NCBI RefSeq assembly: GCF_009914755.1
Contig: NC_060926.1
DNA length: 64,000 bases
Direction: 5' to 3' (one strand)
Source of the DNA: the human T2T-CHM13v2.0 reference genome, Homo sapiens
Part shown: piece by piece, positions 1 to 13,766 of the stretch
Numbering within the stretch: position 1 is the stretch's first letter
How the letters are laid out: each line of letters begins with the position of its first letter
Translations under genes and position numbers: made by a program
Notes under the pieces: model-generated
Told to the model about the DNA's origin: nothing
Seen by the model: the letters and a program-made list of their open reading frames with translations, nothing else
The model's database searches: none

Positions 1-1312
1 GTTGGTGTTAAAATATCTGTGGAATCAATAAAGAAATGACAAGGACTGTGCTAAATACAGAAAACATTTAATCCTGTAAAGGATCATATCAGGTAAATAT
101 TATTACACCTATGTTATTACAAGAAACCAAGACACTAGCCAACTGATTAATTAAATTTATACCTGTGATATTGTAAGGGGAAATTAATGGGCCATAGTTT
201 ATAGAACCAAAACTCTGGCAGGAGTACAATTAACCAGCAAGGATTACCCTCTTTAGGTACTCAGCAGTAATTTGGCTAAGTTCCATTGGGTGGTGAAAGT
301 ACATTGCTAGGGTAAAGTATTTTATCATTATTATTATTTTACCAGAACTGCAAAGTCATCGACAATAATGAAAAGTAACAGTTTTCAAACGGAACTGAAA
401 TCACCCAATTTTTATCCAATAGTCATGAAAGACGTTATAGGAAAACAAGCTATTCTCCCACTATCCATAGCAGATTTCTCTTCTTCCTGGATCTTTCTAA
501 TGTTCATTTTTTAAAATATATATTTTGGGTTAGAAATATAATTTTGGGTGCCTTCTTGAAGAGATATGATTCTGGATTATCAAATTAGGCCAAAAATAAT
601 GGATTATTTCAATATGTTCAAGATGTGCACAGATCATGGACATTAACAATCAGTAGTACACTCACATACATTCATTCGCCAACAAAGAATGAAAGTAAGA
701 ATCAACTGCTGGAAGCTTACAATATGGCAGCTGCTCTGCTTGGCAATGTGGATATAAATGGTGTGCAAGGTATTTTCCAGAACATTAAGGAACTCACACA
801 GTAGCAGTGTGAGGAGGGGGAGAGTCAGAAAGACATCCAAGTTCTTAGCTACACTAAAATGTGAAGAATTATTTGGCTCCTTCTTGAGACCAGTATTCTC
901 ATTTTAGTAATTCCATGGTAAGTGGTCCCAATGAAAAACATACTTTTCCTACTTTTTCTTCCCCTTTCCACAAAATGGGTAGGAGTTTAGATAATGCAGC
1001 CTCTTGAATTTGAAAACAGGCCAGATGTTTTTTTTTTTAAAACAACACCTCATAAATAAAGAGACATATCTTTTCATCTGCAACCTGTTGACTTTAGCCA
1101 AAAATTCTCTTGAATGAAAATATTTTATCTCTGAATTTTCTCTTGAATCTCTCTTTGATGACTTTCTCAGCAGTACATCTCTTGACTGGTCCTCAAATAA
1201 TGAGAAATTACACAGTTAATGTAGGTAATGTTCACCTGGAATTAAGGGGCAAAAGCTAACCCCTAAGAATTTAGGGAAGCCTACTTTGTTAAAATTGAGA
1301 AAAATATTGCCA

Positions 1313-1544
<232 letters not shown>

Positions 1545-1678
1545 TCACAGAATGTATTAAGGACAGTAAATCTTAAAAAAATCCAAATATTTAACATTTA
1601 AATAAAATTTAAACTACATTTTTTAAATGGAAAAATAAAAACACATTTAATATCATACAATTATTAATACATATAAAA

Positions 1679-1848
1679 GCCATGTATGGTGGCTCGCACC
1701 TGTAGTCCCAGCTACTCAAGAAACTGAGGCAGGAGGATCTCTTGAGCCCAGGAGTTTGAGGCTAAAGTCAGCTATGATTATACCACTGAATTCTAGCCTG
1801 GGTGACAGTATGAGATCTTTTCTCTAACAAACAAACAAACAAAAACAA
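1679..1848 (+). mobile_element. Alu monomer (FRAM / AluJ right arm)
   Basis: CCTGTAGTCCCAGCTACT...GGAGGATCTCTTGAGCCCAGGAGTTTGAGGCT...GCTATGAT J/FRAM diagnostics; (AAAC)n tail. Confidence 0.9.
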
Positions 1849-2919
1849 TTATCTATATGTATGTTAATCATTTTATTAATTTTTCTATATGTATAGTCAA
1901 ATTGTAAACAACCACCATGAAGCTATGTATACTGTCTATCCATCTACTATTTAAGAATGGCAAACTGATATCCATTTCATGTTATTTAGCAAATACACAA
2001 TGAAATATATCAAAGCAATATATTTTCCCTCAAAGTCTTTTCTAATTCAATAATAAGAGCAATATTGTAAAAATATTCATTAAACACATGTAGGTTATTG
2101 ACCTCTATTGCTGAAAAAAAACCTGAAGGCCAGTCAGCCTTAAAAGACAAATATATCTTAATGATTGTTATGCCTGGATTAATTGCATTTATTTACCGAT
2201 ATTTTCTGCTCAAAAATAGAGACAATGCACAAAATGATGTTCAACTCACACATCAGAAAATAAAGGTATCATCTATCTAATAGTCATACAATTATTTTCT
2301 AATTGTTAAATTATTCCCAAATGTTCATTTAGATATATTTTTAATTATATCTTATTAACACTGGGAAATTTAGTTACTTCTTTTTTCTGTAAAATTAATT
2401 AAATTGACATGAGGTATTAACACTAGTGTATTCTGAAATATTTTTCAGAAAGAGCATTTTATTTTTTCTTTATGGGATAGATAATGTCAAGTATTTTTAC
2501 ACGTTTTAAGATTTTTCAAGGAAAATGAAATAAGTAAGATTACTATAATTGAGATTAAGAAGTATACGCCTCCCTAGTTGAAATGGAAATAGTGCCGAAA
2601 ATTTAATTGGGATCAATTACACTGTGGAATTGACGATGCCTGACTCTTCCCATAGATGCCATTATACCTCCCACAGGCTTAGTCATCGCGTTTATTACAA
2701 AGACCTCAACATAATGCTATGCCAACTCGCATGGACCCTGACATCACATAATGCAATGTGCATTCTCAGTTTATTCCATTTGCACAAATAAATTCCCACA
2801 AACAGAATTTAGGAAGAGATACAAACAAACAGCATGTTACACCTAAACAATAACCCATGTTTTCCTTCCATTATAAGTAACAATATTTGTTTGTAATATC
2901 TCTGCTGCAGTGACTCTGC

Positions 2920-3100
2920 ATGAGGTGATTCACATTCATTGTATCATGTTGATACTTCACATATTGGAGGTAGATGTTATTAAGTTAATTGTATTGACAA
3001 CTTCTTTTCATACGGTTTAAGTAAGATGTCCAAAGCCACACAGCTAGTAAATGCCAGAGTTAAGGTTGCACTTTTTCACTCCAAGACCTGTGCTCTGTAA
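2920..3100 (-). mobile_element. MIR SINE
   Basis: GTCCAAAGCCACACAGCTAGTAAATGCCAGAG is the reverse complement of the MIR core. Confidence 0.75.
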
Positions 3101-3449
3101 ACACTTTTCCTCCCTGATTTTTTCCATGAAATATGGATTTGTGTTTACGAAGATTTAGCAGTATAAATAAGCTCATCAAAACATGCCACATGTGTAATAT
3201 GGGGACATGTTATTTCACCTCACTGCTTTAGTTCCTTCCGTTGGAGCATTGAGAACAACTCAGGAGACTGCCAGGATAAAGCGCACTGACTGCTCTTAGG
3301 ACAGCATATGACATACCAAGCTTTCTATAGATATTAGCAATGCTTCTTGCCCCCACCTCCACTCTCTGCCCTCCCTCATCCTTCTGCCCACACACACAGC
3401 AGCCTAGACTGCGGGTTCCTGAATTAGCCCTCCAAGACTTACAGCCTTT

Positions 3450-3632
3450 ACTTCTGACTCCACTTCTTAATAGCTGTGTGACATTTTAAAGGGAACTCAG
3501 CCTCTCTCTGACTCAGTTTCACATTTGTAAAACAGACAGATTAGTAGTGCCTAATTCATAGAGATTGAGTATATTAAGTTAGATACATCGCACTCACTGT
3601 GTAGAATAGTGTTTGGCATTTAGGAAGCATGC
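3450..3632 (+). mobile_element. MIR SINE
   Basis: TAGCTGTGTGAC...CTCTCTGACTCAGTTTCACATTTGTAAAA...TAGAATAGTGTTTGGCA matches MIR core and tail. Confidence 0.8.
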
Positions 3633-4142
3633 TGAACTCTTGTCCTTGATTCATTTTGGGCTATCAAAATGAGATTGTTTTCTATATTTCTTCAGTTAGT
3701 GAAAGTGCATTTTGAAAAAAAAACAACTTGAGCTCCCTTCAGAGAATTAGAAAGATGCACAGAAAGTTAAAATGCAGAAGAGGCATTTTACCATTTTTTT
3801 AAACCAGCAAATATCATCAATAATATGCTTATTATTATTCTTATTAATAATACTCAGCACTGTAATTCATGCCATCCTCTGGGCCAAATTTGTTCCCTCT
3901 GCTGAGAGTTCAGTTCTGTGGGCCATCTTTAAATTTGTCCATGTTATTCAAGTGTCTTAAAGGAAGACTGATGGCCTAATGACCTAAGCATATTCATTCC
4001 CCAGTGAAAACAGTTCCTTAGCTCTGACCCTGTTTTAAACAAGAAACAAACTTAGTTGGCATTATCTTATCTCCACTAACCAATCAGGGGCAAAAGCATC
4101 TGTAGGTGGCTTTTACGTCTCTCTTTAAAAATAGCAGTTGCT

Positions 4143-4621
<479 letters not shown>

Positions 4622-5489
4622 AATACAGTTGCTTTAAGTAGACAAGGTAAGGAGTCAAAGGCATTCAACACTAAGTGTCTAAAAGACCTACTTCTTCAGA
4701 GGGCGCCATGAAACAATTTCTTATAGGATGCATAGAGTGGAAAGTAACCCAATTCATTCTTGAGCTGAGAAGAAATGATGGAGGTATTGTTAAGATATTT
4801 TAAGTTTACTTACAATAACTGCTTTGTGAAGTTATTTTTGCAAGTAGGGAGTAATATGTATTTTTCCACCTCACCTCCTTTCCATGGCTAGTTGGAAGTA
4901 ATTGAAGTTTGTGGCAAACTTCTTAGTTATGTTCACGATTAGATAGCTATTTCTGGGAGGATTTGCAAAATTATCCTTTGTTTCTGTGTCTGTTAAATTA
5001 TAGTTTTTACTAAACATTACCTAATGGTAATCCTCCACAGTCTATCAGCTTGTAATACTCCTTCATGAGCTAACACCTCATTAAACCAGTGTCTTGATTC
5101 AGAACGAGGTGTAATTCAAAACAACTGCTATTCCCTAGCCAAATAAAATTTGTAATATTATCAAACAAAATATCAGGAAATCCAAACTTGCTAATTAAAG
5201 CTGGGTTTTTTTGGGTTTCATGCATTTTTATTTTAATGAGGCTCTACAAAATTGGTCTTGCATATTTTTACCAGCGACCTAAATACCTCATATACAAATA
5301 TTTTTGGCCTAAGACATATATCAATAATTTACATATTGTGCATGTTATCTCATGTTCTCATACAAACACATATATGCATACACATATGTGTATAGCTGAC
5401 AAATAGTTTTGAGGTTACAAAATATACAATGTTAAAGCAGCATGTTAATTCACTATTATGAATGGTTGGGGTCTTGCAAATCAAATTAA

Positions 5490-5620
5490 TCTAGAGTAGA
5501 CATTGTTATGGCAGTCTTCATTCAAGAATTCCATGTTTCATTGTGTAATACTCAATTTGCCTAGCCAAAAGATTGCATATAATAGGTTTAGAATAAATAT
5601 TTGGTGAATACATGAATGAA
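5490..5620 (+). mobile_element. L2 3' end
   Basis: Ends AATAAATATTTGGTGAATACATGAATGAA, the typical L2 tail. Confidence 0.55.
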
Positions 5621-6309
5621 TTCTGGGATAGCAATTTATTGTAGATTTTTGTTATGCAAAGTGCCAAATTCTGTTGAAAATTCTGTAAGGTAGATGTGTC
5701 TTATGATGCAAATGAATCTTAATCATAAGAAATTATGAAAAAACATAAGACAAAACAGATCATAGAAAATGCCATAAGAGAGCCTGACAGAAGAAAAGGA
5801 AATTGTGGAAAAGAGAGAAATTAACTGTGGCTCAGGGAATTTTGAATGACCATTAGTAAAATTGGGAAACTTTAGTGAACACAAAAAGATGCAATATAAA
5901 AGCCTGTATTTGCGTTTGTTAAACACAGGAAAAAATAGGTAATGAAATTTAAGATTCTACAAAGTACTTATATTATAAGAAAGTAGTTTTCCTATTTAAA
6001 AGCTACTACTGGCATTTCCTGGAGTTTTAAATTTTACATCGTTATATAAATATGAACTTCTCATGTATACTTTTATTCTACTACAATTTTTTCTCTTTCT
6101 TTTCTTCATTTTTATTGCTTGGCTTCTATCTCCCTCACACATGTCTCTTCTATTTTCCCCAGTATATCTACAAACAACTCCAAGAAGCACATGTCACAAG
6201 CTAATAGGAATTTACCCATATTTTATGCTTATATGTTTTATAATATATGCATATGTATAGACATAAATATTATAAAATAATATTTTATATATACTTTATT
6301 TTATATTTT

Positions 6310-7175
6310 TATTTTATATTTTGCTTTTCACACTAAATAACTGATTTATGCCTAATTTCTTTTGCAATCTCAGTAACATTTTATTTTATGCTATTGATAT
6401 ACTACAAGTTGTTGCATGAACAGTGCTTCAGTAGATGGCCATATGCATGTACGTTTTTCACTTCGAGGAATTTTGTTGCTACAGTATAGAGACTCTCAAC
6501 ACTTATTTTTGCTTTCAAAAATATTCTAAAACCTCTGTTTTCACTATTAATGTTTATGCTCCCCAACCTCCTGACAGCATCAAGTATGTGATTTTGTTGT
6601 TGCTGTTGTTCTGATGTGGGGTAAAATGATGTCTCACTGTTTCATTACTTTGAAGTTCCATGCCTACTGATATTCTCCTGTTTAAATGGACTCTGTCTCT
6701 CTCTTCCTAACACAGAATATTCTTCTGTGCATATATATATATATATATATAATTATTCTGTGTGGTGTATATATAGATAGAGAGAGTCCATTTTTCTATT
6801 GGATTGTGGGTTATTTTTGGTTTTTTGCCATTTTAAAAAGGTTGAATATTATAAATATTATAGACATTAGCCTTTTATCTTTTGTTAGTCTGTTTTTTTT
6901 TTTAACCTATCACTTATCTCTTTTAACTGGATTTTGACAGAGAAATGGTTTCTGTGGGTAGCTTGGGGTTTTCAGATTCAGTTAGAGGCTTCTTTTCACC
7001 CACCTATGTCCTTGATTATTCTGTTAGGGTTTCTCACAATAGTTTCACTTTTTAATTTTCTTGTGCATGAGGCTTTAGTTACCTAGAATTTATTTTCTAT
7101 AATGCAATACATGAGTGTAGTTTCATTTTATTCTCAGTTGATACCCAAACATGCCAGCTTTATTCATTACATAAT
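6310..7175 (-). mobile_element. Old L1 (L1ME-type) 3' portion
   Basis: Degraded antisense L1 motifs: CTGATGTGGGGTAAAATGATGTCTCACTGT, CCATTTTTCTATTGGATTG, TAGACATTAGCCTTTTATC. Confidence 0.7.
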
Positions 7176-7239
7176 TTTGATCCACATTTAGTCACCCTCC
7201 CCTTACTTTTACTTGCCTAGAAGGTTAAGCGGTCCAGGT

Positions 7240-7473
7240 GTTGTGACTATTGGCCTGGATGTCAGACAGAGTTACAACCCAATGCCTTTTTTTTCAAGCT
7301 GCGGAACATGGAATCAGTTGCTTATCCTTCTCTAACTTTTTATTTCCTCATAATTGGAATGGGCCCAGTGATACTTCTCAATGTTGTGAAAATTAGATTG
7401 GGTAACATGGGAAACGTCAGCACACAGCCTCATACATAATAAGTGCTCAGTACGTGCCAACTGTAATTATTTA
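7240..7473 (+). mobile_element. MIR SINE
   Basis: TTTCCTCAT...GTTGTGAAAATTAGATT...ACATAATAAGTGCTCAGTA collinear with MIR. Confidence 0.75.
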
Positions 7474-8396
7474 CTGTTTGTCATTATTAAAGTCACCTGG
7501 TTATGCTAAATCATTACTACTAAGCAGCTAGGATGCTGAAGCAAATGAAATGAACCGTTTAATTTAAATATATAATGAGTGGTGACCTATGATGCACTGT
7601 GGAATTGTGTCTATTAGATTTAGAGAAAAGAATTTTCTTTCGCAGATTCACCACAAGAAAAAGGCAAACCACATCACAATCACTGATTTTCCTAGACGTG
7701 TTGGTTTAGAAATTGGCTAATCTTCTGGCCCCAGCAGTCTAAGGCTATCCCAATGCCCTAATGTTATCTCAATGTTTCTAAGGGTGTCCCTTTGTTCCAG
7801 AAACACTATTCTTAAATCTATCCAAATAACTCTGATATTATATCATTATTCCTAAGCCTAGCCTCACATTGTAGGTTTATATACTTTGTCTTAGTAGTTA
7901 ACTATAAGTACAACTTTTTAAATTCTCCAAGGTATATTTATTAGCTGTTAATATTAAACAAGAAAAACTGATAACATGTACAAAAACACGACAAAATACT
8001 GCCCCAACTGAAATTCAACTGCTAGCTAGATTTTCAATTAGCCTTCTATAAACATGCTTCTAAAATTTACAATATCCTTGCAATATAATAGCTACGCATG
8101 TGATTCTGGTTGCTTATATTCAGTTAGACAGAGGGTCACGATATGACCTTTTTTTGTAAAATATCCATTCTCCTTTTCTTACCAGACTAGCCCAGATGAA
8201 TTAAAAAAAAAAAAACAACTCATGTTAGGGTTTCCTTTTTGGATTATATGCTCATTCATTAACATCTTCCTTCAATGATGACTAAGACATAATGTTAGTT
8301 AGAGGACAGTTAAGGCTTTGAGATTATAGATAGCCAAGCCAAAGGGCATGCCTAAAGGATAGGAATGAGCTAAAATCTTAGGTTAAGATTTCCACA

Positions 8397-8784
<388 letters not shown>

Positions 8785-9379
8785 TCACTCCTACAGACTG
8801 ACAGCTTTTCAGAGCTCTGTTTATGCTCTTTGTGCAAAATGTAGTTGACTTCTGAACCCTAACAGGCTCCCTGCTTGGGAATGGAAATGTAGGTTTTCTC
8901 TGGATACTTCTATTTGTGGATAATTCCATTTATGTGCTTCAGTAACAATTGCATCCCATGTGGGGTGTGGCTCTGGTGAGGTGTCACTGGCAGAGTGGTC
9001 CAAGGACAGCATTAAGTATCTGCATAGTGAGGGCAGAAGGTGACAAAAATCAACCAGCTGCTTAGCATGCTGAGAAAATCCTGCCTTTACCTTGGGGCCC
9101 ACCCACAAAGGTCCTCTCTATGCTGCTACCTTAAAGAGCATATGCTGAAATCTTAAGGTTTTTCATATCAAATATAATTTTTATTGTGTGCAATATGGCA
9201 AGTTGAAGATTTAATAGCTTGAACCAAAGGATACTGATGAAGTAATAATGATTAACTGTTCAAATCAATGAATTTTACAGTTGAAACTATAATATGAGAT
9301 ACAATGAACATATTTTTATATTATAGAAAACTAGACTGTTTGCATTCCTAAATTTGCTAAACACATTTTTTGCCTTTCT

Positions 9380-10430
9380 TAATGAGTCCTCCAGGTGGCA
9401 TTTGAGATAAGGCCTTCCATGAAGGTAATTTATTTTGGAAAACGATCCCAGAGAACAGAACTGGGGGGCCTGGGAGAGCAAAACATAGAAGGAACAAAAG
9501 CCAATAGAAACATATGGTTTTAAGATATTCATTGTGGGAAGCAGTATGACGATTCCTCAAAGAGCTAAAAGCAGAACTGCCATTCAACCTAGGAATCTCA
9601 TTACTGGGTATATGCCCAGAGGAATATAAATCATTCCGCCACAAAGACACATGCATGTGAATGTTCATGGCAGCACTATTCACAATAGCAAAGACATGGA
9701 ATGAACCAATCAGTAACACAGATTGGATAAAGAAAATGTGGTACATATACACCATGGACTATTATGCAGCCATAAAAAGAATGAGATCATGTCTTTTGCA
9801 GGAACATGGATGGAGCTGGAGGCTATTATCCTTAGCAAGCTAACACAGGAATAGAAAACCAAATATCACATATTCTTGCTTATAAGTGGGAGCTAAATGA
9901 CGAGAACTCATGAACACAAAGAAGGGAAAAACAGACACTGAGGTCTATTTGCAGGTGGAGGGTAGGAGGAAGGAGAGAAGCAGAAAAGATAACTATTAGG
10001 TCCTTGGCTTAATACCTGGGTGATAAAATAATCTGTACAACAAACCCCCATGACACAATTTCACAGATGTAACAAACCTCCACATATACTCCTGAACCTA
10101 ACATAAAAGTTTAACAAAATTTTCACCACTTTGGGAAATGAGGGCTCAGCTCCACCGGAACACTCTGATACATATAGTCTGAACACAGAATTGTTGGTCA
10201 GAGAGGCTGAAGAGGGACGCACTTTTCAGCTCAAGGGTTGCCCCATGCGACAATAATTCATTTAGACCTCCAGTCTTGAGTGTTTGCCTGGGGACAGGAC
10301 AATCAAAAATTAGAGAGTGACAAATGTGCAGTGACACTGGTTACACATGTATGAAACTGGTGACAATAGCAAGGGCTAAAGTCACAAGCCAAATAGTGGG
10401 GGCTGGGGCATAAGAGGTGTCGCCTACATT
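9380..10430 (-). mobile_element. Old ERVL-type LTR (LTR33/LTR41-like), split by an L1
   Basis: TTTGAGATAAGG...GTAATTTATTTTGGAAAACGATCCCAG before the L1 and CACCACTTTGGGAAATGAGGGCTCAG after it resemble consecutive parts of this LTR group. Confidence 0.5.
9529..10118 (+). mobile_element. L1 3' end (L1PA15-17-like)
   Basis: ORF2 C-terminus (MFMAALFTIAKTWN...WIKKMWYIYTMDYYAAIK) and 3'UTR GCAGAAAAGATAACTATT...TACAACAAACCCCCATGACAC. Confidence 0.92.
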
Positions 10431-12704
10431 ACCATGACTTTGGAAGTTTTTACACCAACTGTATCTAAGATGAGCTTTGAAAATATAGTTACCTTATGGC
10501 TTGTTCTTGCATTATGCTGCATGAAATATCCTTTTTTCAGAAAAGCAAACTGGATTGTAAATGACACAACCTCAGCAATTATTTTCCTCAAAGCCAGAAA
10601 TCATGAAGAGCATCAAATCTTGTGACCCAAACTTAGGCTTAACATTATGAAAGAGGAAAGGAGGTTTCTGACACTAGAAGGAACCCTCTCTCAAGTCAAG
10701 AGAACATTTGAAATAGATGCTACCCATGAGGTGCCACAGGCCTTTAAAAGAAACATTTGTCCTTGCCTCTCATCTTCAGTCCCTGTTGTAGAGGTGCAAA
10801 GGTCTGAGCAGTGGAAGATCATTGGATGGCTTACAAATCTTGGCTCTTCACTTCTCATCTAAATTATGAATTATCAATTTCCGGCAGCAACTTTCAATCC
10901 CTTGTCATCTGACAGTGACCAGTCAGTCATGAAATAAAATTAAAAAATCAGATACACTCTGGTGTTTCAGAAGAGCAGGAATAATTCACTGTTCAAAAAC
11001 ACAAAACAGAGAATTCTATCTAGAAAAACAGATTAAATTTTTTGTCATGGTTAATGCCATATACTGTAAATCAATGCTCATCATATTCTATTGATGGATT
11101 AGAAAATGTCCAAAGTATTGAGAGCTGCAAAGCAGTCTCATCAAAGAAAACAGCAAGAATTCTACTAGAAATTAAAGAATTATGGAAGTCTTCCAATGCT
11201 CATCATAGTGGACTTTATTCTTTGATTTTATTGTTGTCAGTCCTCTAATAGCCTTAAAATTAGCCAACTAGTTCCTTAAAAACTAATTTCCATCAAAAAG
11301 AATAATAAAATTATCAATAGTCTTAAACACATGTTTGAAATAGCAATTCTGGAAATCTCACTCTTTTAAGTATTATCTTCAAGATATTCTAATACTTTGT
11401 GTTTTGAGAGCTGCAACATCTTTTTCTAGATGTTTCCTAGAAAGAAAAGAGGTAAAATACACACAATGAAGTAGGAATGTAATCTACAAGTTTTGTATTA
11501 GATATTCGAGCCTCTTAATGTATTATGATTTTACTTATAAGGGATCAATAAGTATTACTCCTGTTTTACCATTTTCACATGCCTTTATAGGCAATAACAA
11601 TTATGGGTTTCCTCACATGATCATATTTAAATATAAGCAACTTACTGTTTGGGGAATCATGTGTATTATTAAGCTGAAACAAATGCTCTCATTGAACTTA
11701 ATGAAATCTACAGTCTCAAGTGCCTGGAAAATCATTACAAATAAGGTGAATTCAAATAAGCCAAAGCACAATTATTAGGTTTAATTCCTAAAATAAAATT
11801 AGTCCATCTAAAAGTAATAAGCGTGGTAACTCTGACATAACAACTTCTTCACCAAACAACTCTTCCTTTGTACTTTAATAAAGGTAGCTTTTTATTCCTT
11901 TTTGTGCAGCTTTCCTATTGCCTTACTGTCACTTGAAACCCGCAACATACGACCTTAACTTCGTGAACTACCACCTGCATTACAATGTATGACTCATCAG
12001 TTTTCTGATGAGTCTAAAGTTCCTTTGACTCAGGCTTTGGAAGAGGATGTGGAATGATGAAGGCATTGATTTGGAAAGAGTGCATATTAGGACAAATCTA
12101 CTTTGTACTTGGAAAGGGTTGTTCTTAAACATCTGTGAACAAATTTGTGCAAATGGAACACTCACTTCTGAGTGAAAACTACTGCATGAAATGCTTTTTA
12201 TCACTGAAACTACTTAGAGATCTAAGGCATCAAATTCCTTTACAGTTAAATTTTGTGGAATTAATTTTTCAAATGGAATTTGTATTTTCTTCAATGGCTC
12301 TGATTTTAAAGCTTCTGTAGATTTATAGTTCAAGATGGTGAAATGCATCCACATCTACACCCTTCTTTCCAAAATCTATGAAAAGGATAGAAAATCGCAT
12401 ACACACATAAATGTGTGTGTGTGTGTGTGTGTAGACATGTGTCTGCCTGTGTCTGTATAGCTATATCTATACTATACATATGCACATGCACCAAGGACAC
12501 ATATACACTGCCATAAATACCTATACTATAATATTCTGCTATATGCTATAACATAGAACTACTCAAAAAAGAAATCTTTTAGCAAAATGGAAAGTCTAAA
12601 GAATTTCTAAAAAAGCAAATATATTCAGATTTGTCAAAAGCACACTGCTGTGAAATCTATTGTTCAAAGCTCTAATGGTAGGACTATTGTTTCTCAGTGG
12701 ATGT

Positions 12705-13056
12705 TGATATGGTTTGACTGTGTCCCCACCCAAATCTCATCTTGAATTGTAACTCCCACAATTCCCCCGTGAGGGACCCAGTGGGAGGTAATGGAATCAT
12801 GGGGGTGGGTCTTTCTTGTGCTGTTCTCATGATAGAGAATTAGTCTCACAAGATCTAATGGTTTCAAAAAGAGGAATTCCCCTGCACAAGGTCTCTTTCT
12901 TTCTCAATCTCTGTGCCTGACACCATCCATGTAAGACGTGACTTGCTCCTCCTTACCTTCCTCCATGATTGTGAGGCCTCCCCAGCCATCTGGAACCTCT
13001 TGTTCTTCCCAGTTTCAGGTATGCCTTTATCAGCAGCATGAAAACAGACTAATTCA
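12705..13056 (+). mobile_element. THE1 (THE1B-like) solo LTR
   Basis: TGATATGGTTTGACTGTGTCCCCACCCAAATCTCATCTTGAATTG ... CAGCAGCATGAAAACAGACTAATTCA. Confidence 0.93.
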
Positions 13057-13766
13057 GAGGCCCAGAGAAGAATCAATCACACAGCCAAAAATTAAAAAAG
13101 GAAAGTCATCAGCACAGTTATTGGGCCCCTCTCTTTCTATGCTTGTCAGCTATGACTTTTATACACAGGGCAAAACCCAGAGAGGTACATTGAAACACAA
13201 GTAAGGGATCAATGAGAAGTCTACTGATATGAGAGACTCAAAAAAATAAACAAATAAAGTAAGGGAGGGAGGGGAACTCAGCATTTCCCCATATGTATGC
13301 ATGGAATGGGGTGGAGGAAAGAAAAATAATGCAAGGGTAAAGGCATAGCTCCATGCAGGAGTGAAATTTAGTAGATGAAATACATCTGCAAACGCATTTC
13401 TTAATTTGGCAACTTGGGAGTTCCTAGCTGGCTACCACTATCCCCCTGCCAAGATCCACTACCCTAAACAGAACCCACACCTCATCTTGCATTTTAAGAA
13501 AGCCTTCTGAGGGAAACATACCTACACAACTGCAAAGAAAACCCAGCTCGGTAACTAAAATAATCAACCTAATTCTGGGTCATGAGGAAAAAGAGAAAAA
13601 TGCAGAGTAAATAAAAATAATTAAGGGATCAGGAAAGAACAAGATAAAGGTAAAATAAATATTCTCAGAAATTCAAGATTATTATGCAAGAAGATACAGT
13701 TTTTGGAAACAAAAAATTATAAAACATAAATATTTTTTGCAGTTAAAAAGTATCATCAAAATCTTC

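Noticed and set aside
12005-12035. Hammerhead ribozyme core (CTGATGA followed by a GTC...GAC stem)
   Set aside because: The stem is followed by TCAG rather than the required GAAA; other CTGATGA/TCATCAG sites inspected also lack the core layout.
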